From: a virus
Strand: one strand, 5' to 3'
DNA length: 64,000 bases
IMG/VR virus record: IMGVR_UViG_3300027908_000020
Span: 60,545-124,544 of that record
Shown: positions 18,707 through 28,418 of the stretch, piece after piece
Layout of the letters: every line of letters begins with the position of its first letter
Position numbering within the stretch: the first letter of the stretch is position 1
Notes under the pieces: generated by a model
What the model was told of the DNA's origin: nothing
Seen by the model: the letters and a program-made list of their open reading frames with translations, nothing else
Database searches by the model: none
Program-made: the position numbers and the translations under genes

Positions 18707-20071
18707 ATGCCAAGACTACCATCTATTTTCGAAAACGAAGATTTTATTAAAGAGCTTAGTGGTCTTTTCAATAAGACTGCGCAAGCTGCTCCAGCTCAAC
18801 AGCAATGGTGGGATGCTGCAAATCAAGATGCAAGTACATCTAATGCACAGCTAGCGCTGGATATGGTTAATAACTTTCCTAGTGATAGACTTACGGCCGG
18901 AAGCTCCGTTTCTTTGGCTGGTAGTGTGAAGCCAGAAAATCAACCAGGTGTTTCTGATCTATATAGTCTTGATGCCTTTATAAGATATTTAGGTGCGGAA
19001 AGCACTGGTGGCGATGCGGGACCAATTCCTGGCGCTGGTACTCCAAAGAACAATTTCCAATACAATGTACAAGGCGGAGGGCAACTTCCATTAGTTGTGC
19101 CAGGCGGTGGTCAGGAACAAAAGATACCAGCAGGATATGTTTTGTATAACAGCCAGGTTGGCCCATTCTTAGTTCACAAAGAAGGATTAATTGATGTGCT
19201 TAAGACAATGGCAAATAGCGCAGCAGCAACCGATAATCTTTATCTCAAAGAATTAATTCATAAACTTATAGACGAAGTTACATCTCTCAAAGAGCTTGAT
19301 ATCAAGCCTGATACCTTCAAAGAGAATAAAGCTAAGCTAGATCCTTCCGCTCAGACTCCAGCAGCTCCTGCTGTTCCAGGTGCAGCACAACCAGCTCCCG
19401 GACAAGTCGGTAGCCCTAGTATGAATGCCGTTCAAATATCAGATAAAAGTCAAGGCCAAGGTGTTGCCCAGGGTCCAGGTCAACAAGCTACTGGCGATGC
19501 ATCACTAAGTGATATCGGAATACCAAGTCTTTATAATTGGCTTCCTTTCTGGGGTAATGGAAGAGTTAACTTCACTGATATAGATTATTTTGTTAGCTTA
19601 TTTAACAAGGCAGCGTTAGAACATGCTGCCCAAATTGGGCTAGACTTTAGACTTATAAACAATATAGCCCCCTTTGAACAAGAGATTAGAAATCTAGAAT
19701 CACAATTCGACGCAGCTACAGCTAACGCACCTTTACTTAGATCTTCTCGCGGTATTCAATACGCAATCGATAGTAGCCCCATTGAAGCTGTGCATGATTT
19801 CAAAGGACAATTTGGAACGCCAGGAAGTGTGCAGCAATCATATTCTCTGCAAAATCAAATCAGCGTAGCACAGATAATGCAGCGTACCGTGCAAATAACA
19901 AGATATCTTCTACAAATGTTATTGTCTACAGCATTTGCTACACGAATTCCTGATTTCAAAGAGATGATACAGCAGCAAATAGATGAAGCAAATAAATTGC
20001 AACTTGATTTGGGCCAGGCTGTTCAACTTATTGAAAACCAAGTACAGGCAATAAAACCAGCAGGACGTTAA
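18707..20071 (+). CDS. Probable internal virion/ejection protein, Ala/Gln/Pro/Gly-rich
   Basis: NKTAQ near the N-terminus; tightly coupled operon. Confidence 0.45.
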   Translation: MPRLPSIFENEDFIKELSGLFNKTAQAAPAQQQWWDAANQDASTSNAQLALDMVNNFPSDRLTAGSSVSLAGSVKPENQPGVSDLYSLDAFIRYLGAESTGGDAGPIPGAGTPKNNFQYNVQGGGQLPLVVPGGGQEQKIPAGYVLYNSQVGPFLVHKEGLIDVLKTMANSAAATDNLYLKELIHKLIDEVTSLKELDIKPDTFKENKAKLDPSAQTPAAPAVPGAAQPAPGQVGSPSMNAVQISDKSQGQGVAQGPGQQATGDASLSDIGIPSLYNWLPFWGNGRVNFTDIDYFVSLFNKAALEHAAQIGLDFRLINNIAPFEQEIRNLESQFDAATANAPLLRSSRGIQYAIDSSPIEAVHDFKGQFGTPGSVQQSYSLQNQISVAQIMQRTVQITRYLLQMLLSTAFATRIPDFKEMIQQQIDEANKLQLDLGQAVQLIENQVQAIKPAGR

Positions 20072-21207
20072 TGACTTATTCAGACATAGAATATCTAGCA
20101 GATTCAATGCTCATGGAGGCTTTCCTACGTGATAGTAGTATGACTAAGCTCGCTCAAAATAGCCTTGTATCTTCAATGGCGCAAACAATAAAAGAGTATG
20201 TTCTATCAGAGTTTCAGAATTTCAAAAATGACCCAGTAGCTGGTGCGGTATCTTTCCTAGGGCCAGGATTAGTGTGGAAAGTGTCCCCAATGCTTGGAGT
20301 TCTTTATGAAGTTGCTGCCGCTCTAGGATTCGATTGGCCGGGATTTTGGCGCTCCGTCATAAACAACCTCAAAGAATTCTTATCAGTCATATTTTCAAGC
20401 GGACAAAAACCAACTGAAGAAGCTTTGACTGAAAAAACGAATGCTGCCGTTGATGCTGCAGGGCAAGAGTACTTCAAAGATAATCCGGATCAAGGAATGC
20501 TTGAAAGCTTGAAGAAAAAATATCAAAGTATCACGGCTCGCTCCCAAAAAAATAGTTTGAAGGATGTAATAGAATTAAAAGCTGTAGCTAGAAAATATCA
20601 AAAAGATAAAAAGATAATAAAAAATGCATCATTAACTTCAAAGTTATTTGGATTCTTTATGAGGGTCTTAAAGTGGCTTATCAAAACAGCTCTAATTAGT
20701 CTTGGTCTTACTGCTGCTGGCGGTGCTGCAGCGACGTTATTGGGCACTAAACCAGTAGGTCAACCAGGAGAAAGTTCTTCTGGAGTTGTTGGGACTGAAG
20801 ATGAACCTTCCGCACCAAGCGGAGGAATGATTTCCATTCCTATGTCAGGATCAGTTTCACCTGACTTAATGGAGTGGCATCAAAATGATATGCGCTCTTC
20901 TTGGTTAGAACATGGGGAAATAAATTCCGTACCAGAATTAGTTTTATCATGGATAGTTAATGCATATCCACAATTAAATTCATATCAATCTGATATTTAT
21001 AATTCTAGTAGTTTTAGAACAGTACTTAATAGATTTTTATCTAGAAACAGATTAGCACAAGGTATGGGAATATTTTCTGTGCCACGACCTTTCCAAAGAA
21101 AAATAGATATTGTTAATCAAATTGTAAGTGGTTTTTTGCAGGAACATGGTTCCGTAGGTCAACGACCGGGGCAACCAGCACAGGCAGATGAGATTGATTA
21201 TAAATAA
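20071..21207 (+). CDS. Probable ejection protein with hydrophobic, membrane-inserting-type helices
   Basis: TKLAQ, IKNAS; segments VAGAVSFLGPGLVW..MLGVLYEVAAALGF and LISLGLTAAGGAAATLLG. Confidence 0.45.
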   Translation: MTYSDIEYLADSMLMEAFLRDSSMTKLAQNSLVSSMAQTIKEYVLSEFQNFKNDPVAGAVSFLGPGLVWKVSPMLGVLYEVAAALGFDWPGFWRSVINNLKEFLSVIFSSGQKPTEEALTEKTNAAVDAAGQEYFKDNPDQGMLESLKKKYQSITARSQKNSLKDVIELKAVARKYQKDKKIIKNASLTSKLFGFFMRVLKWLIKTALISLGLTAAGGAAATLLGTKPVGQPGESSSGVVGTEDEPSAPSGGMISIPMSGSVSPDLMEWHQNDMRSSWLEHGEINSVPELVLSWIVNAYPQLNSYQSDIYNSSSFRTVLNRFLSRNRLAQGMGIFSVPRPFQRKIDIVNQIVSGFLQEHGSVGQRPGQPAQADEIDYK

Positions 21208-21242
21208 ATTGTAATAATACCACATGTAATATAGGGTGATTT

Positions 21243-21971
21243 ATGGCTCACAGTAATATTTTTGATGAATACGCAAAGATTGCATCGGAAAAAGGATTAA
21301 TAAAACTTTCCGAAGAATCCTCAGAACTTAAGAAATATAAGAATGATACTTATCCAAGAGTAGGTTCAGATGATATTTCCACAATAGAAGCGCTCTATGG
21401 TGTAAAACCAGATAGCCCAATTAAATATAAGCATAATATAATGGAGGCCGCGCACCCAAAGGCCGTTGTTATTGCACCATCCTACGATAAACTAAACGGA
21501 CTAGTAGAGAACGAAATAGAAAGACAGAACATCGACTTAAATATCGCTACAAGGTCTACAACAGGAAAGAACGTAACTCAGGGTCCAAAATATGCCCGCA
21601 AAGATTTAATGCTTCAACTAGTTAGAATTGCTAATGATATGGACAATCAGAATGTTGATGACCTTCGCGCTCTTGCTGATGACTGTATTGAAGTTCTAAC
21701 ATCAAAAAAAGCCAACTGGCCTAGCTGGTTAAATGAAAATAGCATAGAAGATGCTATGTCAAATATTGAACAAAGTATTGGTTTAACAACTGATCGAACG
21801 CCAGAAGTCGTGCCAGCAAGTAATGAAAAGTCATTTGGTGAACATCCATATGTTAATGAAGAACCAGCATTCAATAACATGGATTTATCAGAAATAGCAA
21901 AATCTTTAGGGCGTGGCGCATCCGATCAGGATAAGGAATTTTTCCAATTTTTGATGCAACAAACGGATTAA
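21243..21971 (+). CDS. Probable internal virion protein (paralog of 16571..17686)
   Basis: IMEAAHP...NGLVENEIERQN...TTGK; AKIAS, PKYAR, SKKAN motifs. Confidence 0.5.
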   Translation: MAHSNIFDEYAKIASEKGLIKLSEESSELKKYKNDTYPRVGSDDISTIEALYGVKPDSPIKYKHNIMEAAHPKAVVIAPSYDKLNGLVENEIERQNIDLNIATRSTTGKNVTQGPKYARKDLMLQLVRIANDMDNQNVDDLRALADDCIEVLTSKKANWPSWLNENSIEDAMSNIEQSIGLTTDRTPEVVPASNEKSFGEHPYVNEEPAFNNMDLSEIAKSLGRGASDQDKEFFQFLMQQTD

Positions 21972-22900
21972 TTTTTTTGAATGGCCGGGCAAGTAAAATA
22001 TACTCGTTTTGCCCAAGAAATAAATTCTGCCATTGAACGATTAGCCTTTGACCAATTACAAAATTTGCAACAAGATACGATATTATCTAGTGTATGTGGT
22101 TTTGTTTGATCCAGCCTATCAATTCCATTACGGAGGATGATATCGCCATTTTTGCATTTTGTTTGGTTTGAATTACTTATACCACAATAAAAACAGGGTT
22201 GTGTTAGGATAAAAGAAAATAGTGCAAAATCGATATCTATATCTTTGTAAGCTTGTTTTAATGTGCCCTTGATTCTCTTAAATTGCGGGAGATCATGATT
22301 GTTTGCCAGATAGAGTTTTTCATAGTTAGGAATTTCACTATGATTTTTGCTGTTTATATTAACTACCATAGCATAAAACTGCTCGGTGCCCATATTTCTC
22401 TTTGAGAAATTACATTCTTTACAGGATGGTACGCAGTTATCTGAATTGTGAGGCAAATCATTATTGACCCTATCGAGACCATTGTAGATGAACATTTTTC
22501 TTACTTCATCATAGTTTGTTCTATTACTCCATTTATTAGAAGGTTTTCTCCCACAGTAAAAACAATTCAATTGGGAAAGCTTATAGAATTCATCAAATGT
22601 CAATGTACCGTCATTATATTTTGCTAAATATGCTGTTCTTGCGGCAGCTACAATTGGTTCGTATTTTCTTCTAGAAAATCCAACGTTAGTTAAATGTTGA
22701 GATGATTTTTCAGACTTTAAGCATCCACAAGATTTTGTATTACCATTTTTTAATTTACACCCTCTATCAACAATAGTTATTTCACCACAATTACAAAGAC
22801 ATTTCCAGCTTGGCCGTTTTTGTTTTTTGTTTTGTGATGGTTGCTCTTCTACAACTAAGAGTCGACCAAACCGTTTTCCCACAAGGTTTTCTTTTCTCAT
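21968..22900 (-). CDS. HNH-like homing endonuclease with two tandem nuclease domains
   Basis: GKRFGRLLVV N-terminus; NGLDRVNN..CVPSCKECNFSK and NGIDRLDQ..IVSCCKFCNWSK. Confidence 0.85.
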   Translation of the reverse strand: MRKENLVGKRFGRLLVVEEQPSQNKKQKRPSWKCLCNCGEITIVDRGCKLKNGNTKSCGCLKSEKSSQHLTNVGFSRRKYEPIVAAARTAYLAKYNDGTLTFDEFYKLSQLNCFYCGRKPSNKWSNRTNYDEVRKMFIYNGLDRVNNDLPHNSDNCVPSCKECNFSKRNMGTEQFYAMVVNINSKNHSEIPNYEKLYLANNHDLPQFKRIKGTLKQAYKDIDIDFALFSFILTQPCFYCGISNSNQTKCKNGDIILRNGIDRLDQTKPHTLDNIVSCCKFCNWSKANRSMAEFISWAKRVYFTCPAIQKN

Positions 22901-23057
22901 ACAAAGATATATATATCAACGGAAGTAAAAATAAAGCCACATTTCGGTAAATTTTTCGACAGTTAATAGCAATAGTTATGTATCTACTTAGATATTGTTA
23001 AGACATAGATGAAAGACAGTTGCTTATTAATTAGCAATTTAGATATAGGATATTAAA

Positions 23058-23765
23058 ATGGCGCTTGTTCTCCTCCAACCCGGTTGTTCACCTCTCGGGC
23101 AATTTGATTGTTTAGACGGATATGTTACTACCTTTAACGGCGGTGAAGTTGCAACTTGGGGCAGCACAACCTGGCAAGGTTCTGATGAAGCTTCAGCCGA
23201 TGTTAACCAAGATGGTTACGTTGGTACAACTTCTAAGTTACGCCCAGCAGTCGTTCCAGCAACACAAGTTGCTCAACGCCCACTCTTCCTAACCGATGAT
23301 GGTACACTCCACTACGGAACACTATTCGGCGAGATTGTAGGCGCGACCGTTGGTCAGCAAGCTACAAACGGTGTAGTTCTCGGACCTCACACCTCGTTAG
23401 GTTCTGGCAAGACAACCCTCTGGGACAAGCCAGGTCTTTACGGCGTAACACTTGATGCAGTTGATCAAGCTTCTAACGGTCTTGTTCCAAGCAACGCAAC
23501 CCTCACAGTTGGTTATGCCCTTAGCTTCACCACTGCTGGTCTTTTGACCCCAGCTGGAACTGGAAACCCAACAACTGAAGGTGGTGGAACCGCCCCAACA
23601 GTTGCTCGTCTCGCTGAATTTACAACCAATGGCAGCTTGGTAACCACTCCAAACTACTTGGTGGCAGCACTCAATAGTCCATCTGGTGATGTCTCCAGCT
23701 TACAGCCAATTACTCAGTATATGGCCGTTATATGGTTCGGAGGCGCCGGAGGTTCTGGAGTCTAA
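23058..23765 (+). CDS. Capsid decoration/stabilising protein (nearest same-strand gene upstream of the MCP)
   Basis: Position, strong codon bias like the MCP, Gly/Thr-rich beta content, own terminator. Confidence 0.6.
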   Translation: MALVLLQPGCSPLGQFDCLDGYVTTFNGGEVATWGSTTWQGSDEASADVNQDGYVGTTSKLRPAVVPATQVAQRPLFLTDDGTLHYGTLFGEIVGATVGQQATNGVVLGPHTSLGSGKTTLWDKPGLYGVTLDAVDQASNGLVPSNATLTVGYALSFTTAGLLTPAGTGNPTTEGGGTAPTVARLAEFTTNGSLVTTPNYLVAALNSPSGDVSSLQPITQYMAVIWFGGAGGSGV

Positions 23766-23802
23766 TAAAATCATATAGTTACAAACTATATGATTTAAGA
23801 TC

Positions 23803-23831
23803 AAGGATGGCTGTCTTCAGCCATCCTTTTT
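23803..23831. terminator. Intrinsic terminator containing the stop codon of the convergent endonuclease
   Basis: AAGGATGGCTG-TCTT-CAGCCATCCTT followed by TTT. Confidence 0.85.
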
Positions 23832-24407
23832 CTTTTGTAAATTTGTATATAAATTTTCTACCCATCTCGTAAATTCCTCAACCGTTCTTTCTCGTTTCGA
23901 ATAGTTACACCATTTACAACAAGCCACAACATTAGAATAATTATGTAGTTCAGAATTATTTATTCTGTCTAATCCATTGAATATAAATTCACAGTTAGTA
24001 TTATAGAATTCTGAACTTCTTTTTCCTCGGCCAGCTCTTTTATTAGATGGTTGATTTCCACAATAAAAACAATTTTGTTGAGACAGTTCATAAAATTGTT
24101 CGAAAGTTAAATCCCCATCCAAATAGTCTTCTCTATAAACTATTCTTGCTGTTGCCATTCTAGGATCGTATTTCCTGCTATCAAAATTTCTTTTCGATGC
24201 TAACTCAGAAAGCACCTCGCTCTTCAAGCATCCACATGAAGTTGTATTACCCGATTTCAGATCGCAGCCCCTATGAACAATAATTGTATTGCCGCACTCA
24301 CACTTGCATTTCCATTGTGGACGTTTTGGTTTTCCTGGTTTTGGCTGTACCTCTTCCACAACCAGTAAGCGCCCAAATTTGCGTCCGACTAAGTTTTCTT
24401 TTCTCAT
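23817..24407 (-). CDS. HNH-like homing endonuclease (paralog of 21968..22900)
   Basis: MRKENLVGRKFGRLLVVEE; NGLDRINN..VVACCKWCNYSK; ATG at 24407 preferred. Confidence 0.88.
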   Translation of the reverse strand: MRKENLVGRKFGRLLVVEEVQPKPGKPKRPQWKCKCECGNTIIVHRGCDLKSGNTTSCGCLKSEVLSELASKRNFDSRKYDPRMATARIVYREDYLDGDLTFEQFYELSQQNCFYCGNQPSNKRAGRGKRSSEFYNTNCEFIFNGLDRINNSELHNYSNVVACCKWCNYSKRERTVEEFTRWVENLYTNLQKKKDG

Positions 24408-24414
24408 ACCATAA

Positions 24415-24443
24415 TATATAACACGATGGCTGTCATATGTCAA
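24415..24443 (-). promoter_or_regulatory. Sigma70-type promoter giving a probably leaderless mRNA
   Basis: TTGACA-17 nt-TATATA, with TG upstream of the -10, then 7 nt to ATG 24407. Confidence 0.75.
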
Positions 24444-24576
24444 GTGTATGGCAGTAGTTTATTTATTTTCAATTTTTTGCTTTATTATGGTAATAAGTAA
24501 TCATTCTCTTATAAAACATGCTTTATGCATGTGCTGGGAAACTGGCAAACAAATTCAATAACCGGAGAATATTCCA

Positions 24577-25593
24577 ATGTCTAATCTAATGTTTAACTCA
24601 CAAGGCGAAGTTAACGCCTCGAGCGTAAAAGACGCTCTCGCTTCAATTACGAAGTTCGCAGCTCTTCTAGAAGAAAATACCCCATCGAATATGGGCCTAA
24701 CCTCTCCCAATATCTCTGATAGTAAAAGGGATGAGCTTATAAGCCGTGCTATTATGACGCAGGAAGGTAAAGTCGCTCTTGCTCAAGCAATGGCAAACCC
24801 AATCCGTAGAAACTTGGATTATCATGGAATTGCCCGTAGAGCCCTCGTTGTAGATCCTCTACCACAAGGTGCATTACCAACATACGATAGAGATATCGAT
24901 GTTGCAGCCGTTGTTATTTCAAGCAATGGTACCGGTCCAGAATCACGTGTATTCGGTGACCGCGTTGTAGTTCCAGAGTTCGAAGTTTTCTCGAACCCAA
25001 CCGTTCGTATCGCAGAAGTTAAGCGCCGCAGATTCAACGTCATTGACCGTGCCGTTCAGAAGGCTCGTCAAGAAATCATGGCCCAAGAAGATGCAAACGT
25101 CTTCGCGGCTCTTGATGCTGCATCATCTATCGAAAACACAGTAATGGATATCGCAGATGCCGGTCTTCTAAAGAGAGACTTAGCAGAAATCAAAGTACAG
25201 ATTGATCGCTGGGACTTAGTTACAACCAAGTTCTTCATGAATATCAACGAGTTCAATGATATCCTTAAGTGGGCATCAGGCGGAGGCCAGGGCGTAGGCG
25301 GTGGTGAAATCGATCCAGTAACCCAACGTGAAATTCTACAGACCGGTCTATACGCTCACATCTGGGGAGCTGATATCCTCGTAAGCAAGATCGTTCCTCC
25401 TGGAACCGTATATGGCGCGAGCGATCCAGAGTTTGTCGGGGTTATGCCAATTCGTCAGGATATTGAAGTGCTACCAGCAGATGAGCCAAAGCAATTGAAG
25501 CTCGGATGGGTAATAAATGAAATAATTGGAATTGGGATAGTTAATCCACGTGGTGTTGCAAAAGGAAATAAATCCGTAATAATCGGAGCGTAA
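24577..25593 (+). CDS. Major capsid protein (probable HK97 fold)
   Basis: 338 aa; LAQAMANPIRRNLDYHGIARRALVVDPL; strongest codon bias; followed by a strong terminator; downstream of the protease. Confidence 0.85.
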   Translation: MSNLMFNSQGEVNASSVKDALASITKFAALLEENTPSNMGLTSPNISDSKRDELISRAIMTQEGKVALAQAMANPIRRNLDYHGIARRALVVDPLPQGALPTYDRDIDVAAVVISSNGTGPESRVFGDRVVVPEFEVFSNPTVRIAEVKRRRFNVIDRAVQKARQEIMAQEDANVFAALDAASSIENTVMDIADAGLLKRDLAEIKVQIDRWDLVTTKFFMNINEFNDILKWASGGGQGVGGGEIDPVTQREILQTGLYAHIWGADILVSKIVPPGTVYGASDPEFVGVMPIRQDIEVLPADEPKQLKLGWVINEIIGIGIVNPRGVAKGNKSVIIGA

Positions 25594-25624
25594 TAAATCC
25601 ACTGTAAATTACAGTAGTTAGCTT

Positions 25625-25657
25625 AAAGGGCTGGTTGATTTCAACCAGCCCTTTTTT
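25625..25657 (+). terminator. Intrinsic terminator after the MCP
   Basis: AAAGGGCTGGTTGA-TT-TCAACCAGCCCTTT followed by a T-run. Confidence 0.92.
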
Positions 25658-25665
25658 ATTTAATA

Positions 25666-25693
25666 TTGACTTTTTCAATTTCTGATATATACT
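25666..25693 (+). promoter_or_regulatory. Sigma70-type promoter of the LAGLIDADG gene
   Basis: TTGACT-16 nt-TATACT, with TGATATA at 25683-25689. Confidence 0.6.
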
Positions 25694-25726
25694 GTATTGA
25701 GACCCACTCAATCGGAGAACCAGACT

Positions 25727-26713
25727 ATGAGAAAACTATTAGACAGCGAAACAAAGAACAAAATTATTCAGCTTTATCAATCTGGCCAAGGATCAGATAC
25801 GGTAGCAAAACAATTTAATATTCATCCCAATACAGTGTTAAAACTTCTTAAGAAGGCAGGACTATCCGCCCGCCCAATACAGAGGAAAATCTCGCCAAGC
25901 GACGAACAAGTTATTTCTAAACTTTATCAAGATGGACTTTCCATGAAAGCTATTGGAAAGCAATTTTCTATTGATCCTGTTTCCATCTTTAATTACTTAA
26001 AGAAAAATAATATCCGGTCTCGAACCGCAGAAGAATGCCACAGAAAGTATGCCATTAATGAAAATTACTTTGATAGCATAGATACACAAGAAAAGGCTTA
26101 TATTTTAGGATTTTTATATGCTGATGGTGGCAATGTTCAAAAATCCAACTTTGTTGGAATTCATCTTAATGCAAAAGATATAGATATTCTGTATAAAATA
26201 TCAGAAAGAATATATGTGGAAAATTCGCGGGACAGGGTGAATACATATGAAAGAATAAGAAAAGATAAAAAATTTATTCACTGTAATTTGAATATAAATT
26301 CAAAATATGTCTGTAATCAATTAGCAAAATTAGGTTGTGGCCCCAAAAAGAGTTTAACATTAACATTCCCAGAATGGCTTATCGATCCAGAACTGCAAAG
26401 ACATTTTATTAGAGGATATTACGATGGTGATGGAGGATTGCATCTCCCAAGAAAGAAGGGCAGATCTCCATTAGTACGAATAATATCTACTACACAGTTT
26501 TCCGCCATAACTGCTAATATTCTAATAAAAACATTAGGTGTAGGAATATACAGCGAACATAAGAAGGATCTAACAAGAATATGTGTAAGCGGCGGAAAAC
26601 AAGCTAAAACCTTCCTGGGCTGGCTATATAAAGATGCAACCATCTATCTCGATAGAAAATATAAGCTATACCAGGAGTTCCTGGCAAAGTATAACAATTT
26701 ATCCATAAAATAG
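25727..26713 (+). CDS. LAGLIDADG homing endonuclease with N-terminal HTH repeats
   Basis: ILGFLYADG and FIRGYYDGDG; GGAG before ATG 25727. Confidence 0.9.
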   Translation: MRKLLDSETKNKIIQLYQSGQGSDTVAKQFNIHPNTVLKLLKKAGLSARPIQRKISPSDEQVISKLYQDGLSMKAIGKQFSIDPVSIFNYLKKNNIRSRTAEECHRKYAINENYFDSIDTQEKAYILGFLYADGGNVQKSNFVGIHLNAKDIDILYKISERIYVENSRDRVNTYERIRKDKKFIHCNLNINSKYVCNQLAKLGCGPKKSLTLTFPEWLIDPELQRHFIRGYYDGDGGLHLPRKKGRSPLVRIISTTQFSAITANILIKTLGVGIYSEHKKDLTRICVSGGKQAKTFLGWLYKDATIYLDRKYKLYQEFLAKYNNLSIK

Positions 26714-26762
26714 CAATAAACTCCCATATACGTAAGAAGTATTCTTAATAGGAGTCTCCACT

Positions 26763-27584
26763 ATGGACGATCGTTTATTGTTACCATCAACTTCTGCGGC
26801 TTGTGTGTTCTTAATGGATCCGTCCCGTAGAAACATTTTACTGAATCAATTTTCACGCCCAACCCTTAAAGTTCAGTCAGTTCTAAACCGCGCAAATGAT
26901 ACCGCGATTATTCAGAGCAACGGAGCTAACCAACCCATATGGTCAGGAAATTTAATCCAAGGAACTTATTCGTGGATGAACAATCCGGGTTCAAAGAGTT
27001 CGCTCCCGTGTGGACAACCTGGATTAAGCTTCTTAGCAGCAAGTACCCAGTATATGGCTTACAATTCAATTGCTTCGTTTGCAAACAGCGAGGCTAACGT
27101 AACTGCAGTTGCAGTTGTAAATTTTGCAACTGGCAATACTGGAACCATCTTTGGTTTCGGTGCAACCGGCAGTGCAACTCCAAAACTAACATTGTCTGTA
27201 TCGGGTGGAACATTATCATTAGTTGAATCTAACGGCAGTACCTTTACGGCTTCTCATTCAGTTACAAATGGAGTACACGTAGTTACAGCAGCTAGAGCAA
27301 ATAACAATTTAGTTATTAGAATTGATAGTGCTCAAGTAGCAACGGCAACTGTTACAGGTGCCGCTGAAACTTTTAATACATTCACTGTTGGCGCTATAAA
27401 CAGCAACGGATCTGTCGGAACATATCTAACGTCTTCTCTTGGCCCAGTTGCAGTATACAAAGGGCCAGTCAACGGTACCGGCATAACAAACGGTTTAGCA
27501 GATGTATTCCAAGTTGAAACATACCTACTCCAACGTTACGGCGTAATTCGTGGTGCAAGCTCTGGTATAAACGCTGGCTTCTAA
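26763..27584 (+). CDS. Concanavalin-A/LamG-like beta-sandwich protein (possible head appendage)
   Basis: Thr/Ser/Ala/Gly-rich beta pattern, HVVTAARANNNLVIRIDS, FTVGA...LGPVAVY; AGGAG RBS. Confidence 0.6.
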   Translation: MDDRLLLPSTSAACVFLMDPSRRNILLNQFSRPTLKVQSVLNRANDTAIIQSNGANQPIWSGNLIQGTYSWMNNPGSKSSLPCGQPGLSFLAASTQYMAYNSIASFANSEANVTAVAVVNFATGNTGTIFGFGATGSATPKLTLSVSGGTLSLVESNGSTFTASHSVTNGVHVVTAARANNNLVIRIDSAQVATATVTGAAETFNTFTVGAINSNGSVGTYLTSSLGPVAVYKGPVNGTGITNGLADVFQVETYLLQRYGVIRGASSGINAGF

Positions 27585-27680
27585 TATATCTTACAGTTAT
27601 ATCTAAAGTTATGGCCTAACAGCACATGATGCCATAAATCTGTTTAACTCAGCGCCAATTTGATATAGGTATAAGGTAGT

Positions 27681-28418
27681 ATGGCTAGCAAATATTTTAT
27701 TTATTTGATTACCAATTTAACTTATAATAAAGTTTATGTTGGTAAAAGCGTTAGCCCAAGCACTAGATGGAGTGATCACAAAAAAATAGCTATGGGCGGT
27801 AAGAAAAAGTATAGAACTGATTTTGCTATCATACATGCAGCTATTAAAAAATATGGTATTGATAATTTCAAATTTAATATAATTGATGAATTAGATGATG
27901 AAATAGAATCTTATTTAGCAGAAACTAAATGGATTTTATTATTGTGTTCTAATTTGAAAAAATATGGATATAATTGTAATCTTGGTGGTGAGGGAGGAGT
28001 GCAGCCCACAGAACGATCAAGACAGAAAATGAGTATTGCCCAAAATAAACCAGAGCTGCTAAAACTTCATTCCGATCAAATGAAACAAAGGCATAAGGAT
28101 AATCCAGGGTTCTTATCAGGTATTCATAAAGGAAATAAATATACTAAAGGAAGAAAATTAACGCAAAAAGAAAAAGATAATCTTTCTAAAAAATTTTCGG
28201 GACGAGTGTTTTCAGAAGAACATAAACAAAAAATTCAACAAGCTTTACCAAAAGGAGAAAATGTTAAAAGCTCCAAATTGACTGAAAAACAAGTTATTGA
28301 AATTCGCAAAAAATATGTGCCGTGTAAGTATGGATGCGTGAAACTTGGAAGAGAATATGGTGTAGATGCTGAAACAATTCGTAGAATTGTTCTTAGAAAA
28401 ATTTGGAGACATATATGA
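27681..28418 (+). CDS. GIY-YIG homing endonuclease
   Basis: FIYLITNLTYNKVYVGKS; GYNCNLGG; FSEEHKQKI; C-terminal HTH. Confidence 0.9.
   Translation: MASKYFIYLITNLTYNKVYVGKSVSPSTRWSDHKKIAMGGKKKYRTDFAIIHAAIKKYGIDNFKFNIIDELDDEIESYLAETKWILLLCSNLKKYGYNCNLGGEGGVQPTERSRQKMSIAQNKPELLKLHSDQMKQRHKDNPGFLSGIHKGNKYTKGRKLTQKEKDNLSKKFSGRVFSEEHKQKIQQALPKGENVKSSKLTEKQVIEIRKKYVPCKYGCVKLGREYGVDAETIRRIVLRKIWRHI

Noticed and set aside
23390-23420. Walker A-like GSGKTT in the pre-capsid protein
   Set aside because: It lacks the first Gly of GxxxxGKT and any Walker B, and the paralog has LGNNRVT at this position.
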